A DNA stretch of 61,241 bases, counting the filler, from Thelocarpon superellum (Eukaryota), in assembly GCA_026025795.1 (NCBI GenBank). It is 6 parts of 6 records of this genome, joined end to end, with 100 filler letters (N's around TTAATTAATTAA, not from the genome) between each part and the next. Parts side by side here need not be neighbours in the genome. Positions count along the whole stretch, not along the records: positions 1 to 10,187 come from JAPEUG010000537.1; positions 10,288 to 20,432 come from JAPEUG010000538.1; 4 more parts are not named here. One strand, 5' to 3'. The notes under the pieces were generated by a model. It made no database searches. It was given only the letters and a program-made list of their open reading frames with translations, and was not told the origin of the DNA. The stretch's first letter is position 1; the number at the start of each line of letters is the position of its first letter. This document shows, one piece after another, positions 1 to 12,097 of the stretch. The translations under genes and the position numbers were made by a program.

Positions 1-80
1 ACGCATATCTTACATCGCGGCGCTTCCCGGCTTCTCTTCAACGATGAACGGCCGGCCTGCTGACGGCCAATGTGCTCTGA

Positions 81-1560
<1,480 letters not shown>

Positions 1561-2049
1561 TGCTGCGTGGTGGCCGTCTCCCGTCGATGTCTGGCTTCTA
1601 CCGATTCAAGGAGCCAAAAGGTCAGAATATCACCAGACTAGATGAGCGCAACGAGAGCTACGGGAGTCGCCACGACCGTCTTTTACCTTCGGCTGGAGGT
1701 GGGATTTGATCGGCTTTACGTCAGTGCAATCGACGACGCCTCCAACTGGCGCTAGTCGTCTTCCTTACCTCAACCGAGACTTACCGATTGGCGCGGGGCA
1801 CGTCCGTCAACCCCTCACCACCTAGCATCACTCGCCGTCAGGTCGGACTGCTCTTGCATGCCATTCAATATGCGCAGATCACGAACAATGTGTCGTTCTA
1901 TGGCTCTGAAATCTACATCCAATAAGGAAAGGATGCGCTGTCGAGGACTAACGCAGACGACCACCAAACTCCGTGGACCCAATGCCGCGACAGGCTTGTG
2001 CACATGCAAGAAGGAAAGTGTGCTGCTCGCCCTCGGACATCCGTCATCA

Positions 2050-3729
2050 TCAAGGACGCAGGCGTTGAGATAGGGAGCGTGGGATAGGAGGATAGTCGAG
2101 CAATGTCCCACGTCGGCTGTTCCGTGGGTTCGGGCGTCGAGAGGCGAGCAGCTCACTCTCTTCCTCCTCGTCCTGCTCGCTCAAGGTGTCGATCGTCGTC
2201 ACCGACGCGGCCGAGTAGTGCCGGTAGGAATTCCGCGGCGTGCTGGAGCGCTGCTGTGAAAAGGAATGGCGTCGTCGTCGATCCAGTGGGCTGGGGCGGA
2301 AGTAGGGATGAACTTGAGGTTGAGACGGGCCCGGCTGACCGCCCTGCATGTTGTTGGCCTCGGTCGCACTGCTCTTTCGATGGGCTCCTGCCGCCCAGTT
2401 CAGGGGCCGGAGGCCGAATCCTTCCGACAGATGCAGCCCGAAAGAGTCTGACTCGGGCTTGTGGCTCGCCAGCCAGTCGCATGATGTATGGCAGCTGGAG
2501 CTGACCCGACGGCTCGACGCGAACGACGAGCGCTCGTCCTCGATCTCCGTCGTCTCGCTGATTGGTCGAGTCAAGGCGGGGGCAGGAGTCGCGGGCATAA
2601 GTATGGGCTTCTCGGGCAGCAGCATGGAATTGGTGCGGTGGCTTTGCCGCTTCCCGCTCTCCTCCGTCATTCCCGTATCGTGCGTCATGGGCGTATACGG
2701 GAAGTCCCTGGGGTCCGGGGAGCGCGCGACCCCAATCGTCTCCGGTGGCACTGCCCGAGACCACTGCGGCCATTCGTCAAAGCGTCTGTTGTCGGTTGGC
2801 GGGAACAGCGTGACAACACGAGGTCGAGTGGGGCCAACAGCGGCGGGAGTAGCAGGAGTGGCGATAGTGACAGGGGCGGCAGCGCCGGCAGTGACGGGCC
2901 CAGCCGTGTTGAGGCTCGGTGTTGCCACCAGCGATCGGAGTGGCGGCCTCGGAGTCGAGTCTACCTTGGCTTTGGCCAGGGAGCGACGGTGGCGGCGTCT
3001 TCCGCGAAAGAAGCTGCATAAGATGATGGCCGCGACAGTAAGCGTGGCTGAAGCCACACCGGCGACGGTAACCCCGATAATTTGGCCCCGAGTGAGGCTT
3101 TCACCGTTGCTTGATGAGGACACAACAGGTGAAGTCGGGCGAGACTGAGACTGTGCCGGTGTCGTCGGCGAATTCAATGCCGAGGATTCTGAGCCAGGAG
3201 CCGATGGTGATGGCGACGTCGATACGAGACTTGCCGTTTGCACAACGGAGGTTGCGGTCATGGTCGAGCCAGGTGCCAGAATCGACGACGGCACAGAGGT
3301 CGTACTGAACGCCTGTGCCGTCGCCATGGCCGCACTATCACCACTTGGGGAGGCAACAGGGGTCGAAGAGGTCACGGTCAGGGTTTGGTGGGTATTCGGC
3401 AATGCCCCACTCTGCCCTTGACAAATGCGATAGACCTGTGCCTCGGCATCGGTGCTGCTCGAGCCACCACATTTACCAATGACACACTCCAGTGACACCT
3501 CGCCGAGGGTATATCCCGACACGCTGCTGGAGGTGCAGTAACAACTGAGCGTATCTCGTGACGAGCAAGCCGGCCAGTCCGAGAGGCTGGACGCCACGCA
3601 TGCTTGCGCACATAAGGGGACCACAGGGGCCAGGCAGCTGGGGAGAGATGCTGGCGACGCTTGCGGGAACGCGACGGCGCTCAAAATATGAAGGAGAAGT
3701 ACGTAGCGTACTGGTGGCAGGACGGACAT
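2050..3729 (-). CDS. CFEM-like cysteine-rich single-pass membrane protein
   Basis: 559-aa ORF with N-terminal signal peptide, Cys cluster (CAQAC...CSSRDTLSCYC...GYTLGE...C...C...C), Ser/Thr-rich stalk, TM helix IIGVTVAGVASATLTVAAIILCSFF followed by RGRRRHRR, and a long disordered cytoplasmic tail. Confidence 0.75.
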   Translation of the reverse strand: MSVLPPVRYVLLLHILSAVAFPQASPASLPSCLAPVVPLCAQACVASSLSDWPACSSRDTLSCYCTSSSVSGYTLGEVSLECVIGKCGGSSSTDAEAQVYRICQGQSGALPNTHQTLTVTSSTPVASPSGDSAAMATAQAFSTTSVPSSILAPGSTMTATSVVQTASLVSTSPSPSAPGSESSALNSPTTPAQSQSRPTSPVVSSSSNGESLTRGQIIGVTVAGVASATLTVAAIILCSFFRGRRRHRRSLAKAKVDSTPRPPLRSLVATPSLNTAGPVTAGAAAPVTIATPATPAAVGPTRPRVVTLFPPTDNRRFDEWPQWSRAVPPETIGVARSPDPRDFPYTPMTHDTGMTEESGKRQSHRTNSMLLPEKPILMPATPAPALTRPISETTEIEDERSSFASSRRVSSSCHTSCDWLASHKPESDSFGLHLSEGFGLRPLNWAAGAHRKSSATEANNMQGGQPGPSQPQVHPYFRPSPLDRRRRHSFSQQRSSTPRNSYRHYSAASVTTIDTLSEQDEEEESELLASRRPNPRNSRRGTLLDYPPIPRSLSQRLRP

Positions 3730-5062
3730 GGTGCCTAGATATGGATCGATGTCAGTCTAGGTTCATGCAGACTGGAATGCCGAAACATATGATCTCAGCG
3801 ACGAGATCAACGATGATGGGTGGACGGAAACCCCGAGCATCATCTACCAGTTCAGGGAATCACCAACCTCAGCACCCAAGAGCATCATTCATGCCCAGAC
3901 AGGGAGAATTCCGGACAGCATGTACTGCGGCATAGCTTCCGGCTCACGGAGAGGCGTGAAATTGTGGACTGCAACAGAGAGAGCGTTGTTGCAGACCCAG
4001 GGGACCAGCGAGAGAGGTTAAGAGCACGAGAAACGGGGAGAAAAAGAAGACGGCGTTGCAAGAAAAGGCAGCGCGCGTGGTTATAGACATGTTCCTCCGC
4101 CAAATCCGGAACCGGACATATCCAGTGCCACCTGCAAGGATCGCACCCATGGTGGTGGACGTGCGGCGCGACGAGGAGGGCCAGCGCTACGTGAAAACCC
4201 AGCTCGTGCCATGATATCATTTGCAAGAGGTGAAGGCTGAAGATGGATGGCTGTCGATGCGCCTTCAGGACCTCCGGGCGTCTAAGTGGGCATCGCTTCC
4301 GTTTCAAATTTAGCCCGAGCGCTATCGCAGCGGTTGCATCTAGATCACGTGATGACGTGTCCAGGCATCTCGCTAGACGCCTGGGATGTAAGCTCTCTCT
4401 CAGCCCTGGCGCTGCCACCGGCCGCCGTCTGTTTGTCGCACTCGTTCGCACACGTGGGCTGGCTGCCTGGCACTACAGTACCTGCTGATACTAATCGGAG
4501 GCGGGGACGTGTTGCAAAGAGCCCATGAGATAAGCAAAACGATAAAGCATTGGCAAGCTCCACAGGCACCGCGCCCGAAGAGCTCAAGCTACAGCCTCCC
4601 CCATCCATTGCCGCCGATCTCAGCGTCGTGTCACCAGCACACCACGCTGTGCGCAAATGAACGCCCACGTTGCTCCAAACTTACCGAGTGGCTGCGGTTT
4701 TTCCTGGCACAGATGATCTTTCTCGAGTCTTTTGACGCACATCACGAGTACAAGTAGAGGCTCCCGCAATGGAAGAGTACACGTGTAGTTCAAATCAAAT
4801 CACACCCTCCAAGGAGGGAAGCTTAAAGTTACATATGTTCTACGCCGTCATCCAGCCTCGAGACGATGTGCACTTTCACCGCTACCACCATGTCTTGTGA
4901 CAGAGAGACAACTCAAGATCTTCCGTAAGACCATCTGCGAGGATCAACTGCTCGCCCTATCCCGTGTCCTGGCCGCGCTCCTTCGTCCGTGACTGCCTGA
5001 CCAAGCACACTCTCCTTCCAACCTTCTAGCCATTTCCCCCTGCGCTGCCCCCGCCGTTCAGA

Positions 5063-6024
5063 CTAACATTCGGCTTTCGCGTTCGAATTCATCAGTAAGG
5101 CCACGATGAGACCGTAAAGACCTATCCAAATCGAGACTCATTAGCTTCGTAACACTCCGAGTCAAGCGCTTGGTTTGAAGAGGATGCATTACCCAAGACT
5201 TCGGCGAAAATCAGAATAAGGATCATGCCCACGAACAACCGTGGCTGCTGGGCGGTTCCTCGGACACCAGCGTCACCGACGATCCCAATAGCAAATCTTT
5301 CGCCTGTCAGCAGCCGTCTATGGCAGCAGTGCGTTAGGTGTCCTGCCAGGCACTGAAATGTACTCACCCAGCAGCAAGCCCCGCCAAACCAACACTGAGT
5401 CCGGCGCCGAGTTGAATGAAGCCGGTATAGAGTGGTAGGTTCTGTTTCAGGTCGCTCGAGATCAAGACGGAGACCACCAGTCCGTAGATGGCGATGATAC
5501 CAGCCATGATGACGGGGACAATGTCTAACGCGAGAAGCCGTCAGTACGCCCTGCTCCTTGGATGTCCTAAGTAGCACGGAGGAGGTATATGCATACTCTT
5601 CACGATCAAATCTGGTCGGAGGACGCCCATGGCCGAAATACCTACTCCCGACTTGGCCGTCCCGTAGGCTGCGCCGAAGCAGGTGAAGACGATGGCTGAT
5701 GTGCAGCCCATGACACCAAAGAAAGGCTATGTCAGTGAAATCAGCTTCATCTCTATTGAAGGACATGCAGAACATTATCGATGCAACGTAAGCCGTCTTG
5801 GCGTCGGGAGGACTGAGGCAAGGTACGGAGGATACACGTCAGTCGTGAGGAAGCATGGGGACTGACCGCATAGACGGGACTATGGTCGACTCAAGTTAGC
5901 CTTCATTGATTTTGACGATGGACAGCATTCTTCGAGCTCTGAAGACAGCGCTCTAAGATACACTAGGGCCGGGAGATGAGAGCTCCGAACGCCCAGGGAG
6001 TACGTACCAAAGATCGGAAGACAT
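5063..6024 (-). CDS. VMA3: V-ATPase 16 kDa proteolipid subunit c, 6 exons
   Basis: Spliced [37 protein letters not shown]...[22 protein letters not shown]...|[47 protein letters not shown]. The proton-carrying Glu lies in FAEVLG. Confidence 0.95.
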
Positions 6025-6203
6025 GTTGATGGTGATGGAGGGTGAGCGTGCTCAGAGTCAAGAGGGAGGATCAGCTCCGGGATAGACTGGATACCGAGAA
6101 GACCGAGCGGCAGTGATAGAAGGACGATGGGGAGGATCGGGCGAGGTGGTGACGATGAAGATAGGTGAAGGCAGATGGCCACAGCGAGACAAGTTGAATC
6201 GGG

Positions 6204-6262
6204 AAAGTCACGGGATGATCTAGCTTCCAAGTCACGTGAAAGTCGCGAGATCCAGTCACACG
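6204..6262. promoter_or_regulatory. E-box (GTCACGTG) cluster in the VMA3/SNU13 divergent promoter
   Basis: CAAGTCACGTG at 6228-6238, flanked by the related AAGTCACGGG, AAGTCGCGAG and CAGTCACACG, inside the ~395-bp head-to-head intergenic region. Confidence 0.5.
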
Positions 6263-6419
6263 TCGAAATCTCAAAATTCTTGTAACCAAATCCGCAAACT
6301 TCGAGGCATCTAAATCTGCAAAGGGCGAGCCAACGCAAGGAACCCTTTGCTGTTCGTTCAAGAGCTTCATTCTCTCGCCCTCTCGCCCTCTCCGCCAAAA
6401 CACTCCATCCAGTGCCGCG

Positions 6420-6916
6420 ATGGGAGACACAAATGCCGGTATTCCTGCGAACCCCCATGATGATCGTCAGACACAAATGCTCATGAGAGGCGCAGCATGG
6501 CCCGTGGCGGATCAGGCCCTGTCGCAGGAGATTCTCGATATCGTACAGCAAGCCAGCCATTACCGGCAGCTAAAGAAGGGCGCCAACGAAGGTTTGTGAC
6601 GCTCCAATACGGTCCGCGCAGCCGCGAAGATCGCTAATGAGATGGCCTCCTAGCTACCAAAACCCTGAATCGCGGCATGGCGGAAATCATTGTGCTCGCA
6701 GCCGACACCTCGCCGTTAGCTATCCTCCTCCATCTCCCACTTCTCTGTGAAGACAAGAACGTCCCCTACGTCTATGTGCCGTCCAAGACGGCGCTGGGAC
6801 GTGCCTGTGGCGTCAGTCGAGCCGTCATTGCTGCCAGCATCACATCGAACGAAGCGAGCGACTTGATGGGTCAGATCCAGGCGTTGAAGGACAAGGTAGA
6901 GCGGTTGATGATCTGA
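6420..6916 (+). CDS. SNU13: L7Ae-family U4/box C/D snoRNP protein Snu13 (15.5K), 3 exons
   Basis: Spliced [83 protein letters not shown]... Introns at 6439-6495 and 6592-6652. Confidence 0.95.
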
Positions 6917-7422
6917 GTGGACGGTGTAGTGGTGGTTGCTATCTATGGCCTGGAATGATGGGACGTTTGAAGGATGACAAGCCGAGTGGAGCCACCCCGC
7001 ATCAGCCCTTAGGTATCGATGTCCAGACAGCCATGAAGACGAAAAAACAGTCCTTGGCAGTTGACCTGATGATATGGTACGTAGGATGACATGGTGGATG
7101 ACTTCATGACTTCATGATTTTGAATCCCCCGTCGGCCATGCGAGCTCCCATGCGAAGCATTCCATGTAACTCGGCTCTAGCATCTTACGGGAGGCTTATC
7201 ACGGAGAACGACAGGATTGCGCCACGGGAAGCAAAAATAGAGTCTTAAAGATGGAACCAAATCAAGCTAACAATGTTTGAAAAAAGAGTGTCAACCGAAC
7301 AAGAGCAACCCATATCCCCCCGAGAGAACCCCCACGCAAGGGTGAGTCTTTGCTGACTTCACCACGAGATCCAACATCCCCACGTTGAGCCTTGATGTAG
7401 TTTTTCGAATATTCCTTGTTCC

Positions 7423-8922
7423 TTACAAGAGCACAGTACCAAACATCATCGACGCTACCACGACCAGTCCACACACGACATGGGCCGCGGAGAACTCGAC
7501 CGGGCTGAGGTGTCCCGCCCCGTTCTTCTTGCCCGCGGTGCCCGTGGCGGTCACCTGTCCCGATCCCGCCGTAGCCGTGCTCGCGCTCTCAGTGCCGGCG
7601 TCTTGGGAGCCGGGGCCACTGAGGCCCACACCTTGGCCGGCGCCCTGCGTCATGTACTTCTCCGCCGGTGAGGGGATGGCCGGGAGTGCATCGCTTGTCA
7701 CGTCCCAATCGCTCGAGGCGGGCGGACATTGGCTGGGCTGGCCGTTGGCATTGTAGCCACCGTCACCGGATGGGTTTGATTGCCGAGCGTAAGCCGACTG
7801 GAGTGCCTTGAAGTCCTCCAGCTCCTCCACCTGGTTGCCGTTGATTTGCACCAGCCCATAGCCCGAGGCTTCCTGTGAGTATTCGTAGACCAGTCCACCC
7901 GAGTACACGGAGCTCGTCTCGGTGGAGTAGAGGGCGCCGACCTCCTGGAAGGTACGGGTGTTGGTATTGCAGCCGTACTCGGAGAGGCTGTACGCGCACG
8001 TGCGGCATTAGCGTCCCAATTCGGACAACGGGGAGGTGTGCACTTACAAGAGTGGGATGCTGTAGCCCGTGAAATTCTTCACCTTCTGGTCCCATCCGGA
8101 CTGGGTGAAAGAGGAAGGATCACACCACGAGTAATCGTTGAAGGCAAAGAAGTCGCTGCGCTCATCGGCAGTGCCGCAGTTCATGTAATCGGCCATCTGC
8201 ACGCGATTCTCCGATACGTCGGCGGCGGAGTATCCGACCGGGATCTGACGGTAGCCACGGCTGCCAATGTACTGGCGCATGTCACGGGTGACGGCCTTGA
8301 CATAGGGCGCGGCGCCGGTGCTGTTGGCCCCGTTGATGACCTCGTTGCCGGAGAAGAAGGCGAGGGTATTGGAGTATTTGGCGAAGGCATCAATGGTGGC
8401 GAAGATGTTCTGAAGGTAAACATCGTTGTACGACGTCTTGGGGTCGTCGCGATTGAGCGAGTACTTGGGCGTGTTCACGTCCAAGATCAGATAGATGTTG
8501 GCGTCGGCCAGAGCATTCATGCAATCGTCATGGTTCTGCGAGTTGTCCACAGTGTAGACGCGGATGGCATTGATGCCTAGCTTCTTGAATTCTTGGATGT
8601 CTCGCTGGCAACCATTGGTATCGGCGATGGGGTCCGCGACTTGGGACGAGCCACCTAATCGTCCCGGTTAGCCTGGTCGTTCGTCCGTCCGGTAGCAATG
8701 GACCTTACCAGGCTGATAGTCAACACCGCGGATGTAGAAGCGTGAGCCACCTTGGAAAAAGGCTGCGATGTATGTCAGCCTCGACCCGGACCGTAATCGA
8801 AATCATTCCTCACCATTGCCTTTGGTGGTGATGGACTGAATGTCACGCTTGACCGGCTCAGCCAGCGCGCCCGTGGCGGAGAGGGCCACGCAGGTGGAAA
8901 CGAGAGTGATGAGTCCCTTCAT
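7423..8922 (-). CDS. GPI-anchored 1,3-beta-glucanosyltransferase (GH72, Gel1/Gas5-type without X8 domain), 4 exons
   Basis: Signal peptide MKGLITLVSTCVALSATGALA; GH72 motifs RFYIRGVDYQP, FFSGNEVIN, YVKAVTRD, PVGYSAAD, SEYGC, SGGLVYEY; hydrophobic C-terminal GPI signal. Confidence 0.92.
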
Positions 8923-10187
8923 GATGTGAAACTTGACGCTGAATGTGACGAGTGTGGTGTGTGTGGGATAGCGAGATTGAGGCAGACTCAAGGGAGTCGC
9001 GACGCGCCCGATCGGTCGGTTAAGGAAACGGAAGAAAGTTCCTCAAGCCTGGAAGCGAAAGAGCGAGAGTCTCGAGAGAGTGAGAGACAGTCGAAGAAAT
9101 GATGAAGCGGAAGGCCGAAAGGTCGCCGCCGTCAAGAAACAAGAGCTGAGGGGAAAGGGTGGAAAGATGGATGGAGAATGGAACGGATGGAGCGACGGGT
9201 AACGAGAACAATAATACGGCTGCGAGAGACAGGAGAGAGATTGTTCAGGGACGGGAACGGATTTTGAGTTCGTGGCGATCTACTCGTACGAGGGTGGCCC
9301 CTTGTCCGCCGACTAACGAAAGTTATTTATTCCACAACGTTACCGAGCATTGGCTGCGTGGGAGAATTAACATGGAGAAGTCCTCCGTATCGTTCCAGTC
9401 TGCCGGTGAAACGAGGCGGAGCACGAGGAGGAGCCCAAGTACCGCGACGCAGGCCTGCTGGCCAAGGGTGTGAGGAGCACGAGGGTCAGAAAGGGGAGCG
9501 TGTCCATGCCCAGGACTGCGAGGTCTCCACAGGCCGACCACCGTCAAGCATCCTCAGGCACTATCGAGGACCAGCATCGTTTCCCGACGGGGATGGATGT
9601 CCAATCCCTGCGTGCTGCATGAGCCCAGCGTTAGCCAAGCTTCTCTCGCCGAAAACCTCGCGCCCCCTGTCGAGCGGAGCACGAGCGCGACGGTCATTCC
9701 ATCAACCATGTTAGTGGCAGGTGGACGCTATCTATTGTTCAGCCTCGCCCAATCAGACCCCTCCGTTGGCGTGACCCATAATCTGCCGCCGAACCGAGGG
9801 TCCTCCTGGCGCACGGGCGTCCCGACCGGGCATCGAGACCGCCGCGGCACCATTCGTTGTCCATGCGGGCCGCCCGCTTGAAGATTGGACCATCCGCATC
9901 GTCAATGGAAGGAAGTACGTGGAAGAGTGATTCGATGCGTAGAGTGGCCCCGCATCGCTTCCCTCGCTTGCCTCCGACGGTGCAGTGAAACCCGACAGGA
10001 TGCTGGCTGAAAGGTCTGGTCGAAGTGCCAATCATGCACCGGACGGGCGATCAAGCCCGCGCCGGCATTCGCCACTTTAGTAGCCTAGCACACACGTCTG
10101 AGTGCCGCCACCACATGCAACGGGGACGATACTTGTCTCGGTATGCCCTATGGGTACAGGACCAAGTACATGGCATGCATGTGGCCC

Positions 10188-10287
10188 NNNNNNNNNNNNN
10201 NNNNNNNNNNNNNNNNNNNNNNNNNNNNNNNTTAATTAATTAANNNNNNNNNNNNNNNNNNNNNNNNNNNNNNNNNNNNNNNNNNNN
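10188..10287. other. Artificial contig linker N44-TTAATTAATTAA-N44
   Basis: Identical 100-nt spacer with stops in all six frames; occurs five times in the window. Confidence 0.99.
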
Positions 10288-10923
10288 ACGTGGTCAACGA
10301 ACCTTTGCCACGGCGACACCGCGCCTCAATTGGCTAGCCCCCGTCAAGGGCCACACCAAAAAGTCTCGAAAGGGACGGCCGCGAGTCCCGACGGGTGGCA
10401 GCACGCGTGGCACGACCCTGGTGTACGGTAGCTACGGACTCCGCCTACTCGACCATCACCGACGCATCTCCGCCAAACAGCTCAAAAATGGGGAAGATAC
10501 GATCCGCAAGCGGTTGCGAGGCATGAAGTATCGACTGTACATGCGGGTCTGTGCCAATATTGGCGTCTACACGTCGGGGAACGAGGTGCGGATGGGCAAG
10601 GGCAAGGGCCGATTCGATTACTGGGCGTCTCGCGTGGCCGTGTCGAGAATCATCTTCGAGTTGGAGGGCAACCTGCATGAGGAGGTCGCCCGCGAGGCTT
10701 TTCGGTTAGCTGGGGCCAAAATGCCCGGTACATAATACCCGTCTTCCATTGCTCGAGCTCCTGCTCACTGTTCTTAGGCATGTACGAGTTTGTGAAGAAG
10801 GGAGACCCGCCGGTGATGGGCATCACCAAGCTCAGAGAGGGTGTGACAAAGGATGGGTTATTCCGGCCACGGCGGAAGGTGCCTTTGGAGCCGACCGCGG
10901 CCGCTCTACCTGCGACGGTCTAA
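10288..10923 (+). CDS. MRPL16: Mitochondrial ribosomal protein uL16m, 5'-truncated by contig edge
   Basis: KSRKGRPRVPTGGSTRGTTLVYGSYGLRL...NEVRMGKGKGRFDYW...AFRLAGAKMPG|MYEFVKKGDPPVMG; one GT-AG intron; stop TAA at 10921-10923. Confidence 0.93.
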
Positions 10924-10987
10924 GCGAAGGGCGTTTGCTGTTGTCTATAGAAGCGGTTGAAGAATAGCCGTCCGATTAATCGGTCCC

Positions 10988-11633
10988 TCAAGCGCCAACT
11001 CCCGATCCACCTTCATAGCCCTGCTGTGCTCGCGTCTGCCCAAGAGAATTGTCGGCCGCGTCATCGACACCACCAAACCCACCTATCGGTCCCATATCAG
11101 CGCGACAAGGTCCATGACCAGGAAGTGGGCATAGGAAACGAGGCGAATCGAGCAGAATGAACAGATAGAGTGAAGGGAGCAGACGGAGCAAACTCACCCT
11201 CCTGCTTTCCTTCCCCCATCCCCTTCCCCAACGTCTGTCCACCCATGCCCTGCTCACTCATCGCCTGCCCATATCGAATCTTCTCCGCCGTCCTCTCGCC
11301 CTTCTCTCGCGCTTCTTCGTCTTGTTGACGTGAGGCTCCGGTCTCTTCGCGTCCCGTTTGCTCGCCTGGACAGATTCTCACGTTGATCGTTAGCTTCTCT
11401 CGGAAAAGGAAGAAAAGACGCAAAGCAAGGAACGACATACCCGTACCCCCGAATTCGCCCTGTTGCTTCGACGGTGGGATGGTGGTCGTTTGGATGGATT
11501 CGTACCTACACCACCGATTGTGTGAACGTCATTGATGGTGCGAGAGACAGGGAGAGGAGGAGACGCCTTACTGGGTGTTTTCTCCGCCTGGTGCGGTATC
11601 CATCAGTCCTGCGTTGGAAGAGATGGTGGACAT
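10988..11633 (-). CDS. Small Gly/Glu/Gln-rich hydrophilic protein (~129 aa, 4 exons), uncharacterised
   Basis: Three GT-AG introns splice into one frame: MSTISSNAGLMDTAPGGENTQ|YESIQTTTIPPSKQQGEFGGTG|EQTGREE...KIRYGQAMSEQGMGGQTLG...QEG|GFGGVDDAADNSLGQTRAQQGYEGGSGVGA*. Confidence 0.75.
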
Positions 11634-12097
11634 GTTGCGCAGTTCTTAGGTCCGAAGGTGGATGACGGGGCGTACGACTACGAGTCGTTTCATGAAATGG
11701 TACGAGTAAGCGACTATCACTCCAGTAGGCTGCTTTGATTCGGTAGCGGGATGATTGACTTGGCTTAGGCCCATAGCATTCAGATGGATGCTGTTCCTGT
11801 CAAGTCGTACGGTGGGGTCGTGGTGGTAATGCATTCTTCGACTCCAGCTACGTAGTGCATAATGGTACTTCGTACCTTTATCCGGTCTTGCACTTGCGTA
11901 GAGGTGACGCAATAGAACGTCCCTCGCTAACGCGGCGGAGGGCGCCACCCTCGTAAGAGTCATTGGTTGTATGCACGTCAAACCATCCCGGTCGGCATGG
12001 TAGGACATTGAATAGCTGCTTATAGCGTCTGTCTCAATCACCAATCTTCCCTCCGTCCCGCAGCCCGAGACTCCCGTAAGCCGCAATGGCTCAATCC

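Noticed and set aside
7060..7180. ATGA-rich segment downstream of SNU13 as a possible box C/D snoRNA
   Set aside because: I found no properly spaced C box and terminal CTGA D box with a closing stem; an Rfam or snoscan search would be needed.
10232..10243. Regularly spaced TTAATTAATTAA as a biological repeat or CRISPR-like array
   Set aside because: Always centred in 44+44 Ns, so it is a synthetic six-frame stop linker.
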